Assembly (NCBI GenBank): GCA_000002445.1
Contig: CP000071.1
Location: 2,208,001 to 2,272,000, forward strand
DNA from: Trypanosoma brucei
Lineage: Eukaryota
DNA: 64,000 bases
Reading direction: 5' to 3'
The notes under the pieces: model-generated
Told to the model about the DNA's origin: nothing
Databases searched by the model: none
The model's input: the letters and a program-made list of their open reading frames with translations, nothing else
In this document: positions 10,029 through 21,251 of the stretch, one piece after another
Numbering within the stretch: position 1 is the first letter of the stretch
Layout: every line of letters begins with the position of its first letter
Made by a program: the position numbers and the translations under genes

Positions 10029-11346
10029 CGATAGAAGTGGGGCGTCACTCGTCCTTCTCCATACATGCCCCGTGTCGAGCAAATATCATTGGGCATATGC
10101 TCTCTAAAGCCCTATTGGGCCCGTGAGATGTTTTCCTCCCCTTTTATTATGTTTTAATGCGTACGTATTATCATTATTGGATTTACTCCTCTTCCGGTAT
10201 GCTCACTCGAAAACGTGTACCTCCGGCCCAACCAGAGGGAGATAGTGTAAAGACGCAGGGATACAGGCTGTGGTGCAATTATCCATTACTGTCTCATTTA
10301 ATATTTTATTGATATAGCCAATCTTTTCAGCGGTAGCAGCCTTTTTGTGTGTGTTTTAACTCCTTTCGGAGCGACGTCAGTAATAAGGGAGAAAAGCGTC
10401 GATGTCTCTTGGGTTTTGGTTTTTTTTCATTGCTTAGTGAGTCTCCAAGTAAGTCACTCTTCGAGTTGCACACCACTCGGGTGCATATGAATGGTGGCGC
10501 TTCTCGCTCCGTTAACTTCACTGTTTTTTGTTGTTGTAACTTAATCCCACTAACACAGCACCCGACTAGGGATGTTCCGGGAAGCTATAAAACGTGCGTG
10601 CATATTGTCAGAGAAGGATCATCTGAGCATGCTGATCGTTGTTCCCCTAGGATTCGTTCTTGATCTCCTTCTTTATCTACTCTCCCTTTGCTTTCCTTCC
10701 TCCTCATATTCTTTACGCTCTCTGTTGCAGCACAAATGTTAGCGATGGGTGACCCGGACATCCCTTAGTTCCTTCTTTTCAGCAGGTTACCTGTTGGCGT
10801 TTGATGATTGTACCAATATCGGAGCTACAAGCAAAGTTGGCAGTATGCATATATGTTACAAATGCATGTACCCGTTGAACACCACTGTGGTCTGTTTCCC
10901 ATTGCGTCTCCAGGGCTGATATGTATGCATTGTGTTTGCCCTGAATCATGAACGCGGCCGCGCAACTCCTGGAAAATGGTGTCTGGTACGTTCTTTGTTT
11001 TGTTCCTTGCCGCGGCTGCATGACAGTAGACAGTTATTAACTGGATGTACAAATACACAGAGCCTTCCTTCATAAGGTTGAAAACTAAGGATAGTCATGT
11101 GTTCTAACAATCACAAGTGGATGTTTCTTCGGCACTTCACGCCGAACCGAATGCATCTACTCTCGTCTCTTGTAATGTCTCTTGGACTCGGAAGATGGCA
11201 CCCGTCAGCTCATGGGGTGTCGCGACAATGGGGAAGAGGAAGGGTTAACGCACGCACTACTGTTCGTGATGCACGAGAGCCAAATAATCTGCTGCTGACG
11301 AAGGGCGCATCGGTCTAATGGGTGTACCCCATTACCATTACTGTTT
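10029..11346 (+). repeat. B-downstream spacer, copy 2; the tandem array ends at ~11346
   Basis: Matches 5987-7304. After ...gtgttggct it runs into unique sequence. Confidence 0.8.
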
Positions 11347-11975
11347 AGCGCCGTCCTATGTGTTGGCTCTGAAAGCAGTAAGTCGAATCTGCGCGAAGTA
11401 CTGAAGTTTTACTGCTGCGCTCTGGAGCCGCTGCACTACATGCGGAGGGGACGTATCCTGAATGTGCGCCTCAGGTAGGGAGGGAAGTAGACCTTTGTTG
11501 CTCTTTCCCCTCGGCGAATAGGCGAAATCAAGTGGAAGGGAGGCTGTGCGAAGATTTCCCACTAAAGCCCCGAAAGTGGGAGCGGTTTTGTGGACTTCAT
11601 TTTTCTGATGCTTGTATAAGTTCATAAATGTTTTGAGTGTGTCGGTGTTTTATCAATCCCTATGTGCGCTTGAATGGGCGTATTTGTGGTTCGATCGATC
11701 CTGTGGATCGGCAGGGCCTAACGACTTTTGGCGGTAAGTTTCTTTCTCCCCCTTGTCTTTTGCCTTGTTCCTCCCCCAGTAGCATGTATCCCTGAATAAA
11801 TCAAAGTGGCGCACACAACGTTCTTTCTTTCGTCTGCGTGCGTAGGCGTGCAGAAGTACATCTCTATCTAGTGGTGTGGGTTGACCTCCCATTTATTGTT
11901 CGTTAAGGCGTCATAGTTCTTTGTTTTCCTTTCTTTTTCTTTCCATCGTAAAAAACCACTGGTTCCCGAACTCAA

Positions 11976-12341
11976 ATGGGAGGAGTGAAGTTCGCCGTGC
12001 TGGCACTGCTTGTATTTGCCTTGCTGTATGTCGTCACGCGCGTTTTGTTGACACGTCACCGATCAAATCCGCGAAACGACGGACGCCAACAGCACACGGA
12101 GCCTAGTTGGGACATCACCAACGGAGCCAATATTCCTGTGGTTCAGCCAATGGAAAGCACACCACCACTGTCAGAACCAGGCGTGTTGCTGGCTATTCCT
12201 TTAGCATGGCACCGGGAGATCCCTCTGTCATCGAGACCAAGTAGAAGTGACACGGGAAATAGGCCAGTAAATCCCTTAGAACGCGCACCGGACGGACCGG
12301 AGGTCGTCTACTCTCATGCAAAGTACATCCCCCGAGCCTGA
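11976..12341 (+). CDS. Hypothetical small protein with an N-terminal hydrophobic segment (121 aa)
   Basis: A same-strand ORF preceded by a CT-rich tract (tctttgttttcctttctttttctttcc). The N-terminus (FAVLALLVFALLYVVTRVLL) looks like a signal anchor. No family recognised. Confidence 0.3.
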   Translation: MGGVKFAVLALLVFALLYVVTRVLLTRHRSNPRNDGRQQHTEPSWDITNGANIPVVQPMESTPPLSEPGVLLAIPLAWHREIPLSSRPSRSDTGNRPVNPLERAPDGPEVVYSHAKYIPRA

Positions 12342-13052
12342 AGTGCGTCTTGACAGGAGCTAAAGATAGATTCGGATGAAGGGTGCAAAAAAAAAAAACG
12401 GCGACAGCTGCAGGAGGCGTGCGGAACGCATTTAGTTGCATAAGTCAGTGTGGAGTGGGAAGTGCGGGTGAATAGGTCGTAGCAACTTGTTGCCGTATGG
12501 AACACATCGTGCTGTCCTTTTGAGGGAGACTGCGTATGCAATAAACTTTGCCCACCCTAAGCTTTGGGCCGATCTCACATTGTTGCACGGCGTGTTTCCG
12601 CTTCCTTTTAGCACAGGTATGTTATATGTGTATCCTAAAGGTGTAGGATATGTATATTTTAATAGTATCTTTGTTGCAGTTGAATGTTTATTTGTGACAT
12701 TATTATTTTGTATTATTATCATACACTTTGTCTGCGCAAATCCGCTACAGATGAAGGACTTTTTAGAGGTTGGAGAGGAAAAATAATAGTAACGATGACA
12801 ATAATGACATTCAATGGGGGGGTGGTCCACGTCACTGGGTGGGTTGACTGCCACTGCTGATGACCTTCATGATACAATACTCTTAATGCTGGTGTGTCGG
12901 TGGTCGTTGGCCGCATAGGCTTTTGCAGCACTGGCTCTGTCACTGCTAACATGGTTTCCCTCTTCTTCCTCGAACACGTATGCTCGCTGCCGCGGACTAC
13001 TCGTACATCCACATGCGTCTCTTACCTTCATATCTTTCAGTTGATAAGTACG

Positions 13053-13089
<37 letters not shown>
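13053..13089 (+). repeat. Composite microsatellite (CA)n(TA)n
   Basis: cacacacacacacacacacacatatatatatatata, read directly. Confidence 0.95.
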
Positions 13090-13273
13090 TTTTAACGCAT
13101 ATCCCTGAGGTGTGTCGTTCGCGCCCGCATTGCGCAAGCCGTGTGTCCGCTCACAAAGGCATCATACTCGTTGCTCAGCGTGACGACAATTCCCTTCGCT
13201 GGCCATCAAGCAGAGGAACTTGTGGGAGTTGTAAAACAAAGGTCAAAAAGAAAGGAGGTGGGGCCAAGGGGAC

Positions 13274-13933
13274 ATGGAAACCACGCACATAATCAACGTG
13301 GTTTCTTTTAGTGTTCTATTCTTTTGCCTACTTACGATAACAATTGAGTACGTAGTTTCGAGTAGGCGGCAGCGCCGCCTTGCGAATGCGAGGTCACGGG
13401 AAAGAGAGCATTTGGAAGTCACCAGACGTAACACCACGGACCATATGCGCAGAAAACTGACGCGACAGGCCATCGAGCTCCTTCTCGCCAACGGCTACGT
13501 GACTGAAGGAATCGCCTTAGCTTCCATGGTGGGGACTACGGAGGTGCCTGTGGATAGGGAGTTACGTCCCAATAGGCCTCGACGGAGGCCAAATTTAGTC
13601 ACCGTGGCGGACGGTAGTCGCATGAGCATAAGTCGTGTAGTGCAGCGGGCGCGAGCAAATGGCCAAGCACCCGATGCTCCACCTGGTCCTGTGCTCATGG
13701 AGCTCCTTGAGAAGCTACAGCAGCAGATGCAGCGTGAAAATGAATCACAGCCCTTCAGTGGGCCGGTACACACACCAGTGGAAGAGCTGGTGGTGCGGTT
13801 AGTGAAGTTGGAGGGGGACGCGAAGGGTCTTGAAAAGCCCTCAGCTGCAGATGAGACATATGGGAAGCCAGTTGAGTACACCATAAATCCGGCCAACAGT
13901 TCTATTTGGTACGTTGGGAACAACTGTTGGTGA
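13274..13933 (+). CDS. Hypothetical single-pass membrane protein, tandem paralog 1 (219 aa)
   Basis: An N-terminal hydrophobic segment (VVSFSVLFFCLLTITIEYVV) is followed by a basic stretch RRQRRLANARSRE. It shares blocks with the ORF at 14999 (ELLLANGYVTEGIALASMVGTTEV, SGQAPDAPPGPVLMELLEKLQ, TYGKPVEYTINPAN). Confidence 0.6.
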   Translation: METTHIINVVSFSVLFFCLLTITIEYVVSSRRQRRLANARSREREHLEVTRRNTTDHMRRKLTRQAIELLLANGYVTEGIALASMVGTTEVPVDRELRPNRPRRRPNLVTVADGSRMSISRVVQRARANGQAPDAPPGPVLMELLEKLQQQMQRENESQPFSGPVHTPVEELVVRLVKLEGDAKGLEKPSAADETYGKPVEYTINPANSSIWYVGNNCW

Positions 13934-14749
13934 AGCGGTGGCAGTGTTTATATGAAAAAAGTAGAAAGTGGGGGAGCGACGGCGCGCCTCTAATCATTTC
14001 GAGTGTATGTGTTCCGGCACAATTCAAGGGAATGTGTAAAAGGGACATGTGACTTTAATCCTCCGTTAGGAAAAAAAAAGTTGAGGAGCAAGGAAATAGG
14101 CTTCGGGTGCCGTATTTCAATTGGTTATCTCCTTAGTTGTTGTCACACATTATTTTTTGGAGCTTTCTCTGGAGGTGACTACTTCGTTGTTGTTTTACTG
14201 AAACTTCTACCCATCTTTTTTTTGTCTCCATTGATTTACCCTCACATGTCTTTGTTCCCCGTAGCGATAGTTGCTCCTTGTTATTTATTTTACTGTTTCT
14301 ACCGCCCGGTTTTGCTCAAATTTGTCATGTGATTATTGTGCAATCGTGTCATTAATAACGTCATTCTCAGCTTCTTTTCGCCTTTTAAAGTAGAAGGAGT
14401 GCAGTGCTTCGGGGGCTATAAATTGGGCTATGAATATTTCCTTATTTGTTTGATTGTTACCACCACTTTTTTATTTTATTTTACTTTCTCCTCTCTGCGT
14501 TCATATTTTTGTGTTTTTTAGACGTTATTGTCTTTTCTTTTTTCTCCTTTAATTATACACGAAAAGTGTGAAGAACCCTCTCTTTTTTTATTGTGTCAGT
14601 CACCTCCTTTCTTTCACTTTTTTCCCTTACTCCACACAATTACCCATTTCGATGCACAACCATGTATAAATTTCTTTTTTCATTGTTTGCCGTTGATCTC
14701 CCACGTGCTTATACGTGCTTATCGCCCTCATACCTTTCAGTTGATAGGT

Positions 14750-14785
14750 ACACACACACATATATATATATATATAATATATATA
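14750..14785 (+). repeat. Composite microsatellite (CA)n(TA)n
   Basis: Same flanking context (cctttcagttgata[ag]gta ... ccctgaggtgtgtcgttcgcgccc[ag]cattgcgcaa) as the copy at 13053, so part of a duplicated upstream module. Confidence 0.95.
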
Positions 14786-14998
14786 CGCATACCCCTGAGG
14801 TGTGTCGTTCGCGCCCACATTGCGCAATCCGTGTGTCAATCTGTAATTTCCCCATCGGCATAAGCGGTGGCTGGTCGGCACACCGTTGCACACACGTCAG
14901 GAAAAAATTATACATTTCAGCTCGGGATCGCCCCAGTGAACAGAAGGACGAACATTCCCTTCACAGGCCACTAGTCGAGAAATTCTTGGGCGACAGCA

Positions 14999-15676
14999 AT
15001 GGCGACAAATAAGGGAATAACGTTTCAAGTCATAGTGGGCATCGCCGCACTGCTTTCGGCGTTCATAATAATTATGATATGCATTATAGTCATCGAGAGG
15101 AGGCGTCTTCGGAATGCGAGGGCACGGCAGAACGTGCAGCTCGACCCAGCGGCACTTAATCTCACTGGTGAGCAGTTGCGCCACCGTTTGATACGCCACG
15201 CCGTTGACCTCCTTTTAGCTGATAACTATGTATGTGAGGGGATTACCTTAACTTCCACAGTGGGTGTGACGGAAGTTCTCGCGGACAGGGAATTACGCTC
15301 CACCCGCGGTAGGCCGTATTTCATTACGACGGCAAATGGTCGGCGTGCCACCATTTCACAAGTAGTGCAGCAGACGCGCGCAAGTGGTCAAGCACCCGAT
15401 TCCCCGCCAGGTCCTGCGTTGATGGAACTCCTCGAGAAATTGCAGCACGCCCGAAGGGCGGAGCCGGTACCCAATGAAGCGCTTTGCAAACAAGTGGAGG
15501 AACTGATGGAGCGTCTCATAAAACTCGAGGAGGCTAATCAAAGGAAAGATATGAAAACTGATGCAGATGAAGTGTATGGGAAAGCAGCACAGTATGCAAC
15601 GAACCCAGCTAATAAATGCGTTCGCCACGTCATGAACGCTGTTGGGGTAGGAAGAAGTCTGGTCGCTTCCCGATAA
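14999..15676 (+). CDS. Hypothetical single-pass membrane protein, tandem paralog 2 (225 aa)
   Basis: N-terminal TM segment (VIVGIAALLSAFIIIMICIIVI) then RRRLRNARARQ. Paralogous to 13274-13933 across its length. Confidence 0.65.
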   Translation: MATNKGITFQVIVGIAALLSAFIIIMICIIVIERRRLRNARARQNVQLDPAALNLTGEQLRHRLIRHAVDLLLADNYVCEGITLTSTVGVTEVLADRELRSTRGRPYFITTANGRRATISQVVQQTRASGQAPDSPPGPALMELLEKLQHARRAEPVPNEALCKQVEELMERLIKLEEANQRKDMKTDADEVYGKAAQYATNPANKCVRHVMNAVGVGRSLVASR

Positions 15677-16377
15677 AATGAGACATTTAGACAAAACAGG
15701 GAAAAAAGCGTAACCTTCCGCTTCTCTTCCATCCTATGCACACACACTACGTGCGGGCGCGCTTCCCTGTAGTCGCTCGTTTGGAGCACCGTCTAGCTTG
15801 TATTCCTTTGAAATATATGGAAAGAAAAGGAGAAAGTGGGAGGAAAGGAAAATGATTCTAATATTTTTAAAGAATTAAGAGAGGGAGTGACTAAGCAATG
15901 TGTGCGCCACAAAACCAAGGAAAAGAAGAAAGGGGGAAATCAGTAACAAAAATGCAAACGTGCGTCCGGCCACCTGTTGGGACCCAAAGTGGATGAAAAA
16001 TTGCGGTATATTTTAACTGCTTGATATGGTGAGGTGGAAACAATGGAAGGAGGAATAAAGGTGAGGAAGTTTCATATTCCTCTCTTTATTTGTTGATCTC
16101 CCAACACACACACACATATACACTTCCTCCTCATTACCATCCCCACTCATCATTCTTCTGTCGAGTACTTCCTTTCGTTTTGTTTTGTTTTCTCCCTTTC
16201 CTTCTCTTCCTGTAGTGTTCGTTTGTGTTTTTTTTTTTTAGATTGTGGACTGTTATTATTAATATTAATATTACAGAGAAAGGCGTAATGGGTAATTACC
16301 CAATATCTAGGACTACGGTATTGCTATACGTCGACGACTTGATTTATTTGTCGCCCTGTAATTGAATGGAGGGACGG

Positions 16378-16419
<42 letters not shown>
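16378..16419 (+). repeat. Composite microsatellite (CA)n(AT)n
   Basis: Read directly. Confidence 0.95.
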
Positions 16420-17335
16420 ATGAAGAAAAAAGAAATGAAAGAACCAAGTATAAAGAAATAGCACGGGGAGGAAAAGTGAAAAAGAAAGAAAAATTCGACA
16501 TTTTCTTCCACTTTGCTTAAATGTCATATTTTCGGCGTATTTCACTTTCTCCCACCTTTTTTTAAAGTGTTTTCCTTGTATGGAAAATGTACCTGGGAAG
16601 AAATCTTATTTTGGTGTGCCCATGCGTATCAGTCGTATACCTAACCATCAAAATCGGCACCACATACCTCATGTACTCATTTACTTTTATATTTCCTCAT
16701 CTTCCTTGTTACTCCTTCTTCTCTTTTTTTCTTTCCTTTCTTATGATCTGGTTTTTCTCACCCTTCATTCTTCCCTTATTGTTACCACCATGATTATGAT
16801 CATCACTACCATTATTATTCGTGTTGCTAATGGCGTTGTGTTGAGGCATTAGTTTTGTCTCCCCGTTGTTATTGGCGTTTTTTTTTTGTTTCCTCCGTGG
16901 TGTGTGTATGTTGTTTGGTTGTTGTTTCTTTTTTCTTTGTTCGGGTGTGTAGTTGCAATATTATTTCAGCTAACTTTTCATGCGGTTTTCGTACTGCTTT
17001 CATACAACTCACACAACTTTTCGTGTGTGTCTGTGTGTGTGTTCTTCTTTGCTTTCAAGTAACGATTTGATTATGAATTAACGTGTGTAAATGTACATAT
17101 ATACATATATATATATATGTTTATATATTCACGTGAAAGGTGAATTTGAAAGAAAAGTAGAGAAATATGGCAGGTGTTTTCTCGTTTCTCCCTTTTCTTT
17201 CTTTTTTTTTTTCACTTTGCTGCTTCCATGTATCCACTCTTGATTTAGTGCTACCTCATCGGTAGAGGCGTTGATGTGAGTCGAAGTAAGCAGATAGAAG
17301 TGATTGATAATATTCCCCTCATGCTTTTTCGTGTT

Positions 17336-17369
<34 letters not shown>

Positions 17370-17370
17370 G
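17336..17370 (+). repeat. Composite microsatellite (TA)n(TG)n
   Basis: Read directly. This is the reverse orientation of the (CA)n(TA)n type. Confidence 0.95.
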
Positions 17371-20057
17371 TGATAAAGAGGACGTTGTTGTTATTGCGTT
17401 TTGGAAAAGGGGGGAAAAGGAAAATAAGGGAGGGAAAAGGCAACAAAGTCTTCTCCCTCTAACTACTTCTCTGCGTTTGAAACTTTTAATTTATCCTGAA
17501 GGTTTCGAGTTACAGGGTGCTAGCGGTATTTCGTTGTTGTTGCTAAAAGTCATGCGTGTTGCTTCTTCCTGGTTGATACATCTCACGCAGTGTCCCGTCG
17601 TTTGTTTTATTGTTCAGGAACAGGCTCAACAAAAAGAAGAAAGGAGAATTTTTTAAAAAAAGTGTTTGAGGAAAGTCGCTGCCGAGACTTCTTGCACGCA
17701 CACGAGCTGTGGGTTTTGTCGATAACTGGGTTCATGTTGTGCTGATAATTTATATTCATTCCAACACGCGTTCCCACCTCTCCCTACCATCATTACCATC
17801 ATTATAAAAGAAAAGGGCGTGAGACAGTAAAAGTGTTTAAGGTAAAGAACTGCCTGGAAAAGAGGGGGGAAGAAGAGGATCAACACCGGTGACTTTTTGA
17901 GGGGAGGAGGAGGAGGAGGAACTTCATACGTGCGGTGCTCAGACCACGATTATTCAGTAAGCGAAGCAGGAGTGGGAGCCACAACATCAATCTTCTTTTA
18001 CACCAACCCTAACACAATAACTACGTTTACGCACATACATGTTCATGTTGAAGTGAACTAAGACGGCGCCGAAAGGGAACAATACACATATATGTATACA
18101 TACATATATAAGCCTAGTGCTGAGTGGTTTAAGCACGAGCCAGTATATTGGGTTTTACACCAAACCTATCGGTCGTTGCTAGTCGCCGTAACATTTTTTT
18201 GCAGTAATGAATGCAGACCTTGCAGATCTTCACTTTCAAGGTGATTCGGGATGGGTGATGTTAGCAGTCTCCTCCGCTGAAACCAGAGAGTCCATGCAAG
18301 TGGTGCTTCCTCAAAGCGCCAGATTCAAAGGGGGAAAAATGTTGGAAACGCGAAGTCGCCCTGTCAGACTTGCCGTGATGGTTTTTGTGTGTTGTACAGA
18401 AGCCGAGTGTTTTTCTTCCTTTCACTAGAGCCTGGATCAGGACCTTGGGAAAAGGCGCATTATGGGGTAAATTGGATTGTTTCATCATAAATCAGAATAT
18501 CCCACCTACTGCCCAATACGCCTTCCTTCCATTTTGGAGGGTCTTTACATTTCGACGTGCTCAACTACCGTAGGGGAACAACAGCTGCAATTAGTTCCGC
18601 GGAAACACATATAGGATAAATCAAAATATTTTCATCATCCTGGTGAGAAGAGGAATACCGCCGATGTGTGGAGTGGTGGTTGGGATAAATTCTTCAGTAT
18701 TAGCATTTGCTCACTTGGCATGGAGGCTGTAAGCCCCCATAGCAATGGTGTGTATCCTACTTGATGTTGGGTTTGCGCAGCCAGTGAAGTCGCTCTCTAT
18801 GTTGGGCATCTCGGAAGTTTGTAATGCTTCCCCGGGTGTTGCTTTTGCCCTCAAACGCTTGAATAGTTTCGGCAACGAACAAAATAAAAAAAAGACTTCC
18901 CTCTCTATAAAAGTATTCAGACGTGCATCGGTGGGGTAGGCCACCTTACTGGCGCTGTGGTTGCCGGATCCTGTTGCACGTCGGCCAAAAAAAGTTCGGG
19001 CGGGGTATCCCAAAGAAATATATATATGCACTTAAAAGGATACCGTGTGAGCCTGAACGAAAGCGATCGTGCGAGCAGATACAAGAAAATCAGGGTGAAA
19101 GTGCCGCCCACGTTCTTTTGCTGTTGTTGTTATTGTTGCTGACACAATGGGTCTCTTATGCATGTTAATGCAAAGGAGTGGTGAATCAAACGGCTGCAGA
19201 AAAGAAAGTGGGTATTTGGGATATGGCATGCAAGGCACTGTTGGGATGTGATTCGAGTTGCCTTCCCCCTTCTTAAATGCTGGAGAGTGGGTGCTCACGC
19301 GCCAATCTTGCATTAAAAGGGTACGCGTGAAAATGACAACAGAGGCGAGACATGCTGTGGCAGTGCAATGCTGCTGAAGAAAAAAGTGGAGGTGTTGGAA
19401 AACGATGATAATTTAAACCGGTACGGTGAGTTCGTTTACGCAACCCAGATGCCCGGGCATCGCGCGGCATTCGGGAACTGGGGGAGAGGGAAGTGGAACT
19501 TGAGCGGGCGACAACTATTTTAAGCCCTCTTTATGTACATTATCGCTTTTGTGCATGTAGTTATAATTGTACTCCCTTTGGATTGTTTACAGGGGATATT
19601 TTCTCCAAAGCACGAAGAGACAGCAGCGAAACCTTCAAGACGATTAAGGGAGCGGATGCTCATGTAAACGTATCAATCGGCAGGGAAAGTAACGTGAGAA
19701 GCGCACAGGCCAAAACGGCAGGCAGTACTGGAAGGTGCTCCTCCCACTAGGGGTGAAAAGAGCATCGCCGCAAGCGCACCGCTGTTTCGGGGCAGACAAA
19801 CAGGCAGCAGTTTGGGGGCGACCGAGAATTGATGGTATCTGTTAATTGCTTCCGCTCGGACCGGATTCATTTGCTGCACGAGAAGTAAAGCCTCTTTTGT
19901 CCACATGTTTGCCCATCGGGTCCTCTTAGTTATTGCAATCTCTCTTGCCATCTCACTTTTTAAAACAATTATCCGCTAGTACCCCAAGAGGAGAGATCTG
20001 CATAAGGCGGCCGAGCTGAGCAACTGGTACCCCAAAAAAAAAAAAAACAGCAATCAC

Positions 20058-21251
20058 ATGGCACGGCACCCTTTAGGGAATATGTACGCAATGACGGCAG
20101 AAAGGGCACGGGAGTACGGTTTTGTGTCCCACTACAATCACACAGGGAGTGAGGCGTCAGACAAACTAGCCAACAACATCACCCTGACAAGCGAAGAATG
20201 GGTACAGTTGTTGACCGGTCCCGTGCAATTTATAACGCAGAGTGGCGGCTGGGGTGGTGCGGGTTTTGACGCAACAGTGCTCCCTCAACTTCTTTTATGT
20301 TTTCCCTGGGTTATTGCTTTCCTGATGTTTCGGGTCTTCACCCAAAGGCAGCTCATACGTGTCGGTCTTTGGTTGCAAGTTGTTGTCCCTAAAGGTGGCA
20401 CTGCGGCGACATTAAGCAATTCACAGCGGCGGAAACTCAAGAAGTTCCAGAACCAGGTGTGGTTGGCAACGTATTACATTGTCTCTACCATCTTTGGGTA
20501 CGCCGTGCAGATTGGAAAGCCGTGGTTTGGCCTTCCCGTGAGCAAAGCAAATCGTGTTGCATTGCTTACCCCGCACCCTTACAAACCGGGCAACGGTTTA
20601 CTATGTTATTATCAGTACGGACTCGGATTTTATATCGCAGAAATGTTAGCGCTTCTTACAGAATATGACATCAAGCGATCGGATTTTGTCGAATACTTTA
20701 TTCACCACATCGTAACGGTCGCACTTATCGTTGTATCGCACTGCAGCTACGAGCACCGCTTCGGAGTGTATGTATTGTTAATTCATGACGCCAGTGACAT
20801 TATGCTGGCTTTAAGCAAGATCCTGAACTATGTTTTAGGCGCACAAGCAAAGAGGACGCGGCAGCGCAAAGCTGGTAAGAAGGTAGACGTGGTGGAGGCA
20901 AAATCCTCATTTCTTTACAGAATGATATTTTGTGAAACTACAATGAACATAGTTTTTGTCGCATTTACGGCAGTTTTCGTTTTCTTTCGATTGGTTTGTC
21001 TTCCGTACCTCGCCCTATCAAACATTGTTTATGGTGTGAAGATACGAATGTTCACCTGGAGTTACTGTTTGTTAATTTTTCTGCTGCAGGTAGCGCTTCA
21101 GGGGTTACACATTTACTGGTTCACAATCATCGTGAAAGTTTTGATCAATACAGCTCTGGGAAGTCGTGTAGATGACATTCGCTCTGAAGACGACGAAGAC
21201 GATGGTAACGTCAGGGAGAGAGCCTCGTTCAAGCACTCCAAGACGTCGTAG
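20058..21251 (+). CDS. Ceramide synthase (sphingoid base N-acyltransferase), LAG1/TLC-domain family (397 aa)
   Basis: Multi-pass membrane protein carrying the Lag1p motif with the invariant His pair and Asp residues (RSDFVEYFIHHIVTVALIVVSHCSYEHRFGVYVLLIHDASDIMLALSKI). It has an acidic C-terminal tail (SEDDEDDG). The start could instead be the internal Met of MYAMTAER. Confidence 0.8.
   Translation: MARHPLGNMYAMTAERAREYGFVSHYNHTGSEASDKLANNITLTSEEWVQLLTGPVQFITQSGGWGGAGFDATVLPQLLLCFPWVIAFLMFRVFTQRQLIRVGLWLQVVVPKGGTAATLSNSQRRKLKKFQNQVWLATYYIVSTIFGYAVQIGKPWFGLPVSKANRVALLTPHPYKPGNGLLCYYQYGLGFYIAEMLALLTEYDIKRSDFVEYFIHHIVTVALIVVSHCSYEHRFGVYVLLIHDASDIMLALSKILNYVLGAQAKRTRQRKAGKKVDVVEAKSSFLYRMIFCETTMNIVFVAFTAVFVFFRLVCLPYLALSNIVYGVKIRMFTWSYCLLIFLLQVALQGLHIYWFTIIVKVLINTALGSRVDDIRSEDDEDDGNVRERASFKHSKTS

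Noticed and set aside
16300-19990. Numerous 60-110-aa ORFs in the 15.7-20.0 kb spacer (e.g. 18711-19031 minus, 18923-19168 plus)
   Set aside because: Short, low-complexity ORFs on both strands in microsatellite-rich sequence. This is more likely a long UTR or intergenic spacer. ncRNAs are not excluded but not supported.
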